A stretch of DNA of 62,965 nt, counting the filler, from Octopus bimaculoides (Eukaryota), in NCBI RefSeq assembly GCF_001194135.2. It is 6 parts of 6 records of this genome, joined end to end, with 100 filler letters (N's around TTAATTAATTAA, not from the genome) between each part and the next. Parts side by side here need not be neighbours in the genome. Positions count along the whole stretch, not along the records: positions 1 to 7,453 come from NC_069008.1; positions 7,554 to 9,616 come from NW_026336003.1; positions 9,717 to 15,030 come from NC_068996.1; 3 more parts are not named here. One strand, written 5' to 3'. The first letter of the stretch is position 1, and each line of letters starts with the position of its first letter. Shown here one piece after another: positions 1 through 11,389 of this stretch. Below the pieces are notes generated by a model. The model was not told where the DNA came from. It worked only from the letters and a program-made list of their open reading frames with translations, and searched no databases. The position numbers and the translations under genes were made by a program.

Positions 1-147
1 TGAATCACTCACTTTTCTAAAATATTTTTTTACTGTGAAGGCTCCTACCATGGTTTTCAAGTGCAAGGGGGGATTGACCAAAATTGGTCTGGAGTGGGAT
101 GATGGGGAAAGGGGTGGTGAAAAAAAGCTAGGAGACAGGTTTACTTA

Positions 148-1380
148 GCCAGAAGGGAAGCAGAGAAGAAGAAATTTGCCAGTGTTCTGCATCAAAAGGA
201 CCAGAGACTTGAAGTGTTTCGAATTGCAAGACAGTGTGTGAGAGAAAATCGTGATGTCATAGGAGAGAAATGTGTCCACATGGATGGTGGCTCACTTGCA
301 TTTAATGATGCTGCAAAAAAGAGACTTGGAGATGCTACTATGAAAGTTTGCTAAATGAAGCGAATAAATGAAAGGAAGAGAGTTTGCCAAATGTTGACCC
401 CCAACAGAGGGACTAGCTTTAGATAGAAATAATTATAGAGGTATCAAATTGTTAGATCAAGTAATGAAAGTCATGGAGAGGGTCATAGCCCAACTAATTA
501 GAGAGAGAGTTAATTTAGATAAGATGCAGTTTGAATTTGTGCCTGGGAGAAGCACCACAGATGCTATATTTCTGGTAAACTGCAGGAGAAATACCTAGCC
601 AAAGATAAACCTCTGTACTTGGCTTTTGTTGACATGGAGAAAGCCTTTGACAGAGTCCCTCAATCCCTTATCAAGTAGTCAATGCAGAAATTAGGGATAG
701 TCAAGTGGTTGGTGAGAGCTGTACAAGCCATGTACAGAGATGCTGTCAGAAAGGTGAGGGTTGGCAACAAGTATAGCGAAGAATTCAGAGAACAAGTAGG
801 GGTTCACCAAGGATCAGTTCTTAGCCCCCTCTTGTTCATCATAGTCCTCCAGGCAATAACAGAGGAATTTAAGACAGGCTGCTCCTGGGAGCTCTTCTAT
901 GCTGATGACCTTGCTCTAATAGCTGAGTCACTACCAGAACTGGAGAAGAAGTTTCAGGTGTGGAAGCAAGGCCTAGAATTGAAGGGCCTTGGAATTAACC
1001 TAGCAAAACCCAAAGTATTGGTAAGTAGGAAGGTGGACAAATCATAAATCACTTTAGGTAGATGGCCCTGCTTGATCTGTAGAAAAGGCATAGGTAGAAA
1101 CTTCGGTGTACCCGGTGTAAGCTATGGACATATAAGAGGTACAGCAATATCAAAGGAATGCTAACAAGGAAGATAAATTCTGTGTGTAGAAGGTGTACAG
1201 GTACAATAAACACCAAAAATGCACAGAAAATAGACTCCATCACAAGCCAGAGGGAAAAACTAGAAGTAGTTAACAGCTTCCATTACCTAGGTGACCAAGT
1301 CAGTAGTGGGNNNNNNNNNNNNNNNNNNNNNNNNNNNGGGGGGGGGGGGGGATACTCTGAGAGTGAACTGCTAGAATAAG
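148..1380 (+). mobile_element. Degenerate RTE-clade LINE fragment (RT core, thumb and PHD-like finger)
   Basis: Broken frames read YRGIKLLDQVMKV, FVDMEKAFDRVP, QVGVHQGSVLSPLLF and FYADDLAL (YADD at 898-909), followed by a Cys-rich C-x2-C...C-x2-C finger at about 1069-1196. In-frame stops and frameshifts are present. Confidence 0.93.
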
Positions 1381-1689
1381 ATTATCTACACCATTTGAAG
1401 CATATCCGTAGAAAATTTCATTGAAAAATAACCATGTTTCTGAAAGTTATGAGGAAAGAAATTCGTTGGGGCACATATGTGTAAGTATGTTTCAGCTAAT
1501 GCAGGCCAATTACTGTATATCAAAATACATGCATTGCAGGAAGTCCATAGTAAACATATCATTTTAAATATAGTAGGAGACACACACAACACAACTAAGA
1601 AATACAACAGTAAGCGACCCACAGAAACATGAATGACAGGGACACTAAAATCCAGACAATATCTTTAAATACCAAAACTAATAATAATT

Positions 1690-2610
1690 ATAGGATCACA
1701 TTCTGGTATATTGCTCCATTTGTGAAACAGATAATTTCCAATATCCCTATACTGTTCTAGCAGGTACCATAAAATATTTAATGCACACAATGTCTCACCT
1801 TCTCCATGAGCCACAACCTGGCACAAATAATTGCAGCACATAATGTGAATAGACTATACCACTTCCAAGGGACAATTAATAATAGTACACCCCACAAAAA
1901 TAGGGAACCCATCAACAGAGGTTTTAGTAATCTGAATCTGGATCTTAGAGAAGAAATAACATACAAGTGACCTAAGTGCTGAAACCAAAATAGCATGCAC
2001 TGGAGGAAGGGGGAGTGGTAATAGAAAAGCCAACAGTAAAAGGGAAACAATACTAGCAAATCTTTTTACAACCATGGAACTGGAAGGATGTACTGCTAGA
2101 AATAACAACACTAAAACACATATGCATGAAGAATTCAGAAATGATACTGGACCGAGGGAAGAGAGAAAAGGAGAGACTTCTAATGGAGTCAATAACAGAA
2201 TAAATAGATAATAGAAATAGAGAAACAGGTTTATGCAACTGTGCTAGAGATACAGTATGCCCTGGTCTGTAGATGCAATATTACTTTGGAGGGAAAAGAA
2301 TACTTTTATATAGGAGCCAGCTCTCTTTTTTTCAAAAAGAGACTAGCCAATCCTTTAAATTCTTTTAGAGATAGGAAAAAAATAATACAAGCCTAAGCAA
2401 ACTAATTTGGTCAATTAGAAACAAAAACAATAACTATTCTACTGAATGGAAAATAATTAGTACTGCTAAACCTTATTGAGTAGGGGGAAATAGATGCAGC
2501 ATAAGTGTAGAGGAACTATACCAAATATTTACTTTAAAAAAAAAAAAAAGCATTAATACAAGACATGAACAAGCCCTAAGATGTTTATACAAACACGGTA
2601 AGATTTTTAA
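1690..2610 (+). mobile_element. Degenerate Penelope-like element, C-terminal region with GIY-YIG endonuclease
   Basis: Hand translation gives SRYHKIFNAHN, TFSMSHNLAQIIAAHN, CNCARDTVCP (2234), VCRCNITLEGKEYFYIGAS (YIG at 2307-2315), NNTSLSKLIWSIRNKNNNYSTEWKIISTAKPY and LNTRHEQALRCLYKH. This order matches the C-terminus of marine-invertebrate Penelope-like RT/GIY-YIG proteins. Confidence 0.8.
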
Positions 2611-3324
2611 AAAATATAAAGATAATTCTAGATAGCCAACGTCCCAACAACAATTAAACTTGATATGACAGATGGAATAACATAACCTAAACATTAAAAA
2701 AAAATATTAATAACCTCATTAATAAACTAAGAAATACGTTACCCAATATATAATGCAAATCATGAGCGGCTCAACCAAAAAATGAATATATAAACAAATG
2801 AGAACTAAAACACACAACCATTAAAATGAACAAGAAGCCTTACAAAAACACTAATCTCAACTTTGACCAATTTTATACCCAGCCCTAACTTTGGGCAGTG
2901 ACTGGGGTGAAGTTGAGGTCACCAGCTCATACCTATAATCAACAACACCCCCATCTTCTACAGAACACTAACAAAAATTTACTTCACTCAGTTCACTTCA
3001 AGGATGACCAAATGGATAGACCCTGAAGCTTCACCAACAATAACACAAGGCTGCAGATGAGTAGATGGTGTAGCAGAAACACTTGCACGTTGTGCATGAA
3101 CAAGTCTCCATACTCTATTATTAATAATAATATATACTCCAGATAATTTTTACTGTTCAGTGAAGTGTACATAGAATGGCCCATCGGAAGAATTCACAGA
3201 GTGACTGACAACAAATGGTAGTAACATATTGATTGAAGTGGTTAACCTTTAACTGGAACTTAACTGAGAGCCAATATGGTATTCACCCAGAGAATATATC
3301 CCTCCAAACTCACATTTATATATA

Positions 3325-3942
3325 CGAAGGAGAGTCAAAAATTATATGCATTCTTGTTTAAAAACAGGGCATTAACAAGTACTTCATTTTTCTGTATTGT
3401 CTCCTTCCTTTTCAACACAGTTGGTTCAGCGGTCCACAAGCTTGTGTATTCCCTCCAAGAAAAAGACTTTTGGTTGGTCACACGACCATTTATGCACAGC
3501 TTCCTTCACATCTTCATCTGCAAGAAATCGATGACCTTGTAAACCATCTCTGAGTGGTCCAAAGATATGATGGTCAGAAGGAGTGAGATCTGGGCGGTTG
3601 TGTGTGGGTGTGCATTGTCATGCAACAACAAAACTTTCTTCAACAACAGGCTTTGGTGTAAACTGCTGGTTTTAGTTTGTTGGCCAGCAAAGCACTGTAT
3701 ATTACACTGTTGATTGTACACACCTTTGCCTGAGAAATCAGATCACTGCTCTTTGTTCGTCTTGCTAGTGGAATGGCCATGCTTACACTGTAAAGCCAGA
3801 AAGAAAAATGGTGCAACCAGGCTCAAACTTTGATCATGTGATCACAATAGTTCCAAATTCAAGCACACATGTACAGAAGGCAGTGTGACAATGATTAAGA
3901 TATGTTATGGCGAAAGTGTGGATAATTTTTGACCTCCCCTTG
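3325..3942 (-). mobile_element. Internally deleted mariner (Tc1/mariner) element
   Basis: Imperfect TIRs TA|CGAAGGAGAGTCAAAAATTAT (3323-3345) and ATAATTTTTGACCTCCCCTTG|TA (3922-3944) with TA target sites. A transposase remnant VLLLHDNAHPHT lies on the minus strand. Confidence 0.88.
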
Positions 3943-3997
<55 letters not shown>

Positions 3998-4689
3998 NNN
4001 NNNNNNNNNNNNNNNNNNNNNNNNNNNNNNNNNNNNNNNNNNNNNNNNNNNNNNNNNNNNNNNNNNNNNNNNNNNNNNNNNNNNNNNNNNNNNNNNNNNN
4101 NNNNNNNNNNNNNNNNNNNNNNNNNNNNNNNNNNNNNNNNNNNNNNNNNNNNNNNNNNNNNNNNNNNNNNNNNNNNNNNNNNNNNNNNNNNNNNNNNNNN
4201 NNNNNNNNNNNNNNNNNNNNNNNNNNNNNNNNNNNNNNNNNNNNNNNNNNNNNNNNNNNNNNNNNNNNNNNNNNNNNNNNNNNNNNNNNNNNNNNNNNNN
4301 NNNNNNNNNNNNNNNNNNNNNNNNNNNNNNNNNNNNNNNNNNNNNNNNNNNNNNNNNNNNNNNNNNNNNNNNNNNNNNNNNNNNNNNNNNNNNNNNNNNN
4401 NNNNNNNNNNNNNNNNNNNNNNNNNNNNNNNNNNNNNNNNNNNNNNNNNNNNNNNNNNNNNNNNNNNNNNNNGGGGGGGGGGGGCTTGAATGACTGTTTA
4501 GCAAAAAATTCACTGTTCAAACACATTATAGCCCCAGGTTGACAAAAGTCTTGTGAATGGAATTGGGAGATGGAAGCTGAAAAGTTTGTTGTATATATGC
4601 TTCCATGCATATGTCTTGTTATCTTTATTTCCCACCACCTCTTGGTACACATAAACACACACATACATGTACAGGCATGGATAGGAACT

Positions 4690-4780
4690 TTGAGCAAGTG
4701 TCTTCTAGTATACCCCAGGGCCAAATAAAGCCCTGAGTAGATTTGGTAGATGGAAACATAGAAACCCATACTATGTATGT
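4690..4780 (+). mobile_element. SINE family A fragment
   Basis: gagcaagtgtcttctagtata...gagtagatttggtagatggaaac matches the body of the copies at 18781 and 62669. Confidence 0.65.
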
Positions 4781-5169
4781 ATGTATAGGGAGAATTCACA
4801 AAAAAACAACAGATGAAGACAGGTGCTGTAGAAAACAAATAGATGTATTAGTATAACACTCGGGAATTGAAAAGGTTGCGAACCTACGCTCTTCCACAGA
4901 AAGAAACACAGAAAGAAATAAGGAGAGAAACAAGGAGAAAAAAAAATGTGTGTAGTGGTTAGCGATCCATCATGGTGAATGCACAACAGAAGGGTCACAC
5001 AGGAGAGTTAAGAAGGGGAGATAATGTGTAATTTCCCACCAGATACTAAACTGTTCATTGCTTGGCACACTGGCAAAATATATGAACAGTAGATTAAATG
5101 ATGTGCTACAGTTAGTTATCAGTTCCTTGTCTGATCGAATTTTCTGTCTGAGAAATGACAAGGACTATA

Positions 5170-6337
5170 CTAAACTCTTATATCATACCAAAGTGTGGTG
5201 GCTGTCAAAAGGAAACTGTTTTACGCTTTGTTGAACTGTTTCATATAATCATATCTTTCTATGAAGATACTCCACTGTCCACTTCATTGATGGCTGCAAG
5301 GTGCTATGTCTTTTTTCTTAAATGATTTGACTAAGTTATTGCAAGGAAACAGAAAAACTCGTTGATTGTAAACCATTTATCACTACCTTCATTTCGACAT
5401 TGGTGTTGTATAAGACTAACACCTCAAAATGTTAATTCCATCAATTTCCACAACTTGATTCTTTGAAAGATGAATTGGTTGATGAGGATTTAACTACATA
5501 TTGCAACTATTTACAATCATTGCAAGATAACATGGTGGAGCAATTTCAAGATGTTATTGCGCTGAATATTCCAAATTGGTATAGCAATCCGTTTGAGGTC
5601 AATGCAGTCGATTGTGAGGATGACGTTCAGGAGGAATTGATAGAATTACAAAACGACAATGATGCCACAAGGTTTGTGGTACCATCAGAGTATATTGAAT
5701 TCCTACCCCAATTTGTGGAAACATCTGTCATTACTCTTGCTTGCCTTCCCTACCTCATACCTGGTTGAATCTGGTTTTAACCATGTTGGAACTTTACTTT
5801 CCCATAAAAGAATTGAACTGGATGTGACACAATGAGGAGACTTTCGGCTAAAGTTGACAAGCTTGAAACTGAATGTATCTGCACTAGCTGCATCGCACCA
5901 GACACATGGTTCTCATTAAAAAAGTTTTATTATTTTCTTTTATAATACAATCATTAAATATTTTGGCATCAGTAGTTCTGATCAATGGTTCATTTGGGGA
6001 AAATGAAAATCAGTGTAAAAGAAAGTGCAGGTTTCCAGAAGTTAATCTGTCAACATAATAGAGTTAACATTAGCATTTTATTCACACTAATGGCAAAACT
6101 AAACCCACAATAAGGGATTTGTAAACAACCGCATATTTAATCCAAACAGCACTAACAGAGCAACAAGCCTACAATATAGTGTGTGTGTCAAAAGATACNN
6201 NNNNNNNNNNNNNNNNTAGAAGATTTTGTGTTGGGGGTGTCAGGGCTTTTTTTTTTTACAGAGGTGGGCGATGGGGCATTTTTTGGCCGATGGGTGGGCG
6301 ATATTGCAATTTGATGCGAAAAGTTTGGGAAACAGTG
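5170..6337 (+). mobile_element. 5'-truncated hAT (Charlie/Buster-like) transposon
   Basis: Reads LLYHTKVWWLSKGNC (a variant of the HTEVRWLS motif), ORF 5463-5768, then YPNLWKHLSLLLLAFPTSYLVESGF...HQTHGSH* (hAT dimerisation domain, ends 5919). The terminus AAAAGTTTGGGAAACAGTG is followed by CTCTAGAC, the NTCTAGAN target typical of Charlie elements. Confidence 0.9.
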
Positions 6338-6808
6338 CTCTAGACCAATGAAATTTTACAAATACCAGTTGCTGACGTCACCTAACTCTATACCAATCAA
6401 AACCAAACTTTAGCAAATACAACAAAATGACCCTTTAAGAGAATCAACCAACCAGAATGACTGATGACTGTTCCCCACAGGGAAGCCAACCAGGCAAAAC
6501 AACAAACTTGATCACCAGAAAAACAAGATATCACCAATACTTTAACAAATCAAAAATCTGATCCACTCGCAGAAAAAATTATAAATACCTCACAATCCCA
6601 AACTCACTGTTACAAGCAAAAGTTCCTACACACGATAGAAAGAGGATCAGAGAAATTGTAAACCAAATCCCTTTTTTTACTATCATCATTTCTCCCTTGT
6701 TTTTTCCCTCTTGACTCAGTATGACTGAAATTTTGATGATATTCATTTCTTTTCAGTCACTACTAACACTAATGAGCTTTGTACATTCAAACAAATTAAT
6801 ATTATTGA

Positions 6809-6957
6809 CTGTTATGAACATTTAAATTTGTCAACATCGAAATTTCTGAACATGTTTTTCTAATTCATACTTCTAAATTTGTCTGTTATGAACATTTAAA
6901 CTTGTCAACGTTGAAACTTTTAAAGATGTTTTTTCTAATTCATAATTCTAAATTTTT
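6809..6957. repeat. Tandem duplication of a 74-bp AT-rich unit
   Basis: ctgttatgaacatttaaa...ctaattcata...tctaaattt starts at 6809 and again at 6883. Confidence 0.85.
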
Positions 6958-7089
6958 ACCACTGATAAACAGACAAATATTGTTGAAACTATATGTAAAT
7001 AAATTTATTTCAAACACTTATAAGTTTTTCAAATTTAGGTGCATTTTCAACAACAAATTTGCTTATATTTTTTCCTGTGTGGAAATATA

Positions 7090-7453
7090 CCCGCTGACAC
7101 ATGAAATGCACCATTTTGAGCGTAACCGTTGCCAGTGCCGCCTGGCTGGCCTTCGTGGGATTTTTGAGCGAGATCGTTGCCAGTGCCCCTGGACTGGCTC
7201 TTGTGCAGGTGGCACATAAAATGCACCATTTTGAGCGTGGCTGCTGCCAGTACCGCCTGACTGGCCTTCGTGCGGGTGACACGTAAAAGCACCCACTACA
7301 CTCTCTGAGTGGTTGGCGTTAGGAAGGGCATCCAGCTGTAGAAACTCTGCCAAATCAGACTGGAGCCTGGTGTAGCCATCTGGTTTCACCAGTCCTCAGT
7401 AAAATCATCCAACCCATGCTAGCATGGAAAGCGGACGTTAAACGACGATGATG
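7090..7453 (+). mobile_element. SINE/RTE-type 3' tail (family E) with about three internal tandem units, ending in (GAT)n
   Basis: Repeated ttttgagcg...tgccagt(g/a)cc units lead into gagtggttggcgttaggaagggcatccagctgtagaaac...catgctagcatggaaagcggacgttaaacgacgatgatg. The same tail recurs at 62850-62965. Confidence 0.85.
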
Positions 7454-7553
7454 NNNNNNNNNNNNNNNNNNNNNNNNNNNNNNNNNNNNNNNNNNNNTTA
7501 ATTAATTAANNNNNNNNNNNNNNNNNNNNNNNNNNNNNNNNNNNNNNNNNNNN
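7454..7553. other. Artificial scaffold join: N44-TTAATTAATTAA-N44
   Basis: An identical 100-bp structure occurs at 7454-7553, 9617-9716, 15031-15130, 27330-27429 and 54549-54648. Confidence 0.97.
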
Positions 7554-7615
7554 TGAAACCGGGAAACCGGGCCCAAGAGCCTGGCTAGGCTTTAAAAGGG
7601 CGCGTTTATTTATTT
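7554..7615 (+). mobile_element. SINE family C 3' end
   Basis: gaaaccgggaaaccgggccc...gagcctggctaggctttaaaagggcgc matches the tail of the complete copy at 43252-43509. Confidence 0.85.
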
Positions 7616-7799
7616 TATCACAGGATACATTCCAGGATACATTCCAGAATCTTTTGCCGGCTCTGTATACTTTCTATCGCATCAACAACTTCGTTTCCCT
7701 TTCTTTCTCTCATCTTTTTATATAAAACCCAACACAGGTAGTAAACTAGCCTTGAAAACTATCCCCGTATCTGATGCCCTAATGGGAAATAAAAGAAAC

Positions 7800-7898
7800 C
7801 TTTATTATAATTGTTGCTTTTGTTGTTGATGTTGTTGTTACAATCAATATTATTATTGTTGTTGTTGTTATTATTATCATCATTATTATCATTATTAT

Positions 7899-7957
<59 letters not shown>

Positions 7958-8099
7958 TTATTATTATTGTTATTATTATTATTATTATTGTTGTTGTTGT
8001 TGTTATTATAATTATTGTTATTATTATTATTATTGTTATCANNNNNNNNNNTTATTGTTGTTGTTGTTGTTGTTATTATTATTGTTATTATTATTATTA

Positions 8100-8134
<35 letters not shown>

Positions 8135-8280
8135 GTTGTTGTTGTTGTTATAATTATCATTATTATTATTATTGTTATCATTATTATTTTTATTATTATT
8201 ATTATTGTTATTATTGTTTTTATTATTATTATAATTATTATTGTTATTATTATTATTATTATTATCATCGCCATTGTTGT
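7800..8280. repeat. Compound trinucleotide microsatellite (TTA/TTG/CTA)
   Basis: Directly visible in the sequence. It produces the poly-I, poly-L and poly-N ORFs in the track. Confidence 0.98.
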
Positions 8281-8770
8281 ATATCTGCTGAGTCATTAAT
8301 AACATTAACAAATAGAGTCTTTACGAAGTTCTTCAGAAAAATAATTAAAAGACGCCTTCTTCCTCCAACCACTCTCTTGATTAAAAGAAAATTAATAAAT
8401 GTNNNNNNNNNNNNNNNNNNNNNNNNNNNNNNNNNNNNNNNCAATCTTTGTTTTCCTTCTTCCTTTTCTTAATCACTTTTTCTTCTTTTCCTTCATTTTT
8501 TCATTATTTTTTCTTTCTTCCTCATCTGCCTCTGTTTTTTTGTTCTTCTTCAGCTGTTCCTTTGTTTTCAGCTCCGTTTTCTTCTCTGTTTTTCTTCTTT
8601 AATTCGTTCATTACTCTTTCTTTCTTCTTCTTCTTCCTCATTTTCTTCAGTTTCTTCTTATCCTCCTGTTTCTTCTTCTTCATCTTTTTCTTCTGCTTTT
8701 CTTCCGCTTCCTCTTCATCCCCTCTTTGTTTTTTACTCTTTTTTCTTCTCTTCCTTTTATTTTTCTTTAA

Positions 8771-9045
8771 TAGATGGAAACTGAAAGAAGCCCGTCGTAT
8801 ATTGTATATATATACATATATATATATGTATGTGTGTGTATATGTTTGTGTGTCTGTGTTTGTCCCCCAACATCACTTGGCAACCGATGCTGGTGTGTTT
8901 ACGTACCCGTAATCTAGCGGTTCGGCAAAAGTAACCGATAGAATAAGTACTAGGCTTACAAAGAATAAGTCCTGGGGTCGATTTCTTCGACTAAAGGCGG
9001 TGCTCCAGCATGACCACAGTCAAATGACTGAAGCAAGTAAAAGAG
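8771..9045 (+). mobile_element. SINE family A, 5'-truncated
   Basis: ggaaactgaaagaagcccgtcg, an internal TA/TG tract, a core caaccgatgctggtgtgtttacg and a tail gtgctccagcatgaccacagtcaaatgactgaagcaagtaaaagag, followed by (TTA)n. Confidence 0.9.
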
Positions 9046-9059
9046 TATTATTATTATTA

Positions 9060-9117
<58 letters not shown>

Positions 9118-9421
9118 CAGAGAAACATTTAACGACGGTAAAAATAATGAGGAGCCGGAGAAGAAAGAAGACACTAGAAACAAGAAGATAAACAATTAGA
9201 AGGAAGGAGACGAATTTAAAAGAAGAACAACAGCGACACCAACAACCACTACAATAACAACACCGAAATGAGCGGTGCTATTAAGGTAAATCAAAGCGAG
9301 ATAAACTCGTTAATATTTGCTGTATCTGAGTCAGATAAACGTGTTCTGTCGTTGATCAAATGAAATACCAGATTAACGAAATTCTCAATCTGGAGGCAAA
9401 GTAGTGACTGTAGTAGTAGTG

Positions 9422-9483
<62 letters not shown>

Positions 9484-9716
9484 TTTCAAATTTACTCTCA
9501 AAGCAGTGACCACCCTAGGCTATAGTAGGGCTGTGCACCGCAACTCTTTTTCACTTATTCTTATCAGTATTCGGCGGCACACCTGAACTTAAAATATAAG
9601 GGGGGGGGGATTCTATNNNNNNNNNNNNNNNNNNNNNNNNNNNNNNNNNNNNNNNNNNNNTTAATTAATTAANNNNNNNNNNNNNNNNNNNNNNNNNNNN
9701 NNNNNNNNNNNNNNNN

Positions 9717-9753
<37 letters not shown>

Positions 9754-9907
9754 GTATGTATGTGTGTTTGTGTTTGTTCCCCCACATCACTTGACAATTG
9801 ATGCTGGTGTGTTTACATCCCTGTAACTTAGCGGTTCAGCAAAAGACCGATAGAATAAGTACTAGACTTACAAAGAATAAGTCTTGAGGTTGATTTGCTT
9901 GATTAAA
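9717..9907 (+). mobile_element. SINE family A, core and partial tail
   Basis: Same core as 8771-9045, with CpG-to-TpG changes. Confidence 0.85.
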
Positions 9908-9964
9908 GATATATAATATATTTATATATATATGTATGTATATATATATTATATATAAACCTAA

Positions 9965-10425
9965 GAAGCATCAGTTGTGGTGTGCAAGAGAGATGATTGC
10001 GCTGGTATGGTCATGTGGCAAGAATGGAACTAGAACTAGAGGAGAAGCTTTAGGTGTGAAAGCAAGGACTAGAATTGAAGGGTCTTAGAGACAACCTAGC
10101 TAAAACCAAAGTCCTAATAAGTAGGAAGGTAGATAAAACACAAACTCCTTCAGGTAGATGGCCCTGCTCGATCTGTAGACAAGGCATAGGTAGAAACTCT
10201 ATTAGATGTACCCAGTGCAAGCTATGGACACATAAGAGGTGCAGCAATATCAAAGGAAGGCTAACTAGGAAGATAGTTTTTATATGTGACTGATGTTCAG
10301 GAGCAATAAACACTGAAAATGTGCAGAGAACAACCTTTGCCACATTCCAGGGAGAAAAACTAGACGTAGTTGATAGCTTCTGTTACCTAGGTGACCAAGT
10401 CAGTAGCAGGGGTGGATCTTATGTG
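9965..10425 (+). mobile_element. RTE LINE fragments, same family as 148-1380, including the PHD-like finger
   Basis: ORF 10075-10293 reads NLAKTKVLISRK...CSICRQGIGRNSIRCTQCKLWTHKRC...FICD, then VVDSFCYLGDQVSS. A more C-terminal piece (QERxLRWYGHVARM) lies just upstream. Confidence 0.9.
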
Positions 10426-10822
10426 ACAGCAGCAAAGGGTGCATTTTATGTGGGCCCAGGACAGGGTGCTTTGTATATAGAACCAGCACAAGGTACTTTT
10501 TATATGGCACCAGGACAGGGTGCTTTTCCTGTGGCACTATGACAAAATGTTTTTTACAAGGCACTAGCAAGGATGCTTTTTATGTGGCACCAGGACAGTA
10601 TGCCCTTTTTATGTTGCATTAAGACAGGGTGCTCTTTATGTGACACCAGAATGAGGTGCTTTTTATGTAGCACCAAGACAAGGTGCTACATGGTGCCAGC
10701 ACAGGGTGCTTTTTTTTTTGTGACAGCAACACAAGGTGCTTTTTATGTGACACCAGCATAGATGTTTTTGTTTTCTATGTGCTAACAACGCAGGTGTTTT
10801 TTTACATGGCATCAGTGCCCAT
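10421..10822 (+). repeat. Degenerate 27-bp minisatellite, about 15 copies, consensus ggtgctttttatgtggcaccag(g/c)aca(g/a)
   Basis: Units were delimited by hand and most are exactly 27 nt. They translate as GAFYVAPGQ-like repeats. Confidence 0.9.
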
Positions 10823-11389
10823 GTGTTTGCAAGACAAGGATCTCTCAGCTTAGAGAGGGAGTGGAACCAAGAGATTAGAATATAATAGAAGGACAGAGGT
10901 ATCCCTCTTGCTATTGAGGAGATACTCGGCTACCACAGTGGGACAAGGAAGGATAAGAAGGTGGGAGAGAAATAGAGACAATTTAAGTGAGAGAGAGAGA
11001 GGGGGCTTGCTTACAGAGGACAATGGGTGTAGTATAATTAGTACAGTGGGGATAGACATAAACTGTTCCATAGGAGTGTGATGGGAGATGTTTAGAGATA
11101 GCAGAGAGAGAAGAGGGATTGGAGTGGCTGTAGAGATAGCAAGTGATGGTGAGAGGAATTAAATGTGGCTGGGAGTGGGTATGGTAGGGTGCGTTTTACT
11201 TGGGCATGGAATGTGTGCAGATAGCACTTGGGGGAGAATAGTGGATAGCGCGGCTGTGGGGAAAGATGGGTTGTGAGAGAGTTTAATAGAGGATAAATTT
11301 ATATGTGGCCATAAAGGATATGCTTATATGTATGGATGGCCATGATTTTACTTAGCTTCACATGTATTCTTAAGCACAGCAAACCGCCA

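Noticed and set aside
2938-3309. Apparently long degenerate reading frame
   Set aside because: Six stops in about 124 codons is what random AT-rich DNA would give.
10421-10822. CRISPR-like regular repeat
   Set aside because: The units are contiguous and degenerate with no spacers, the context is eukaryotic, and no cas genes are present.
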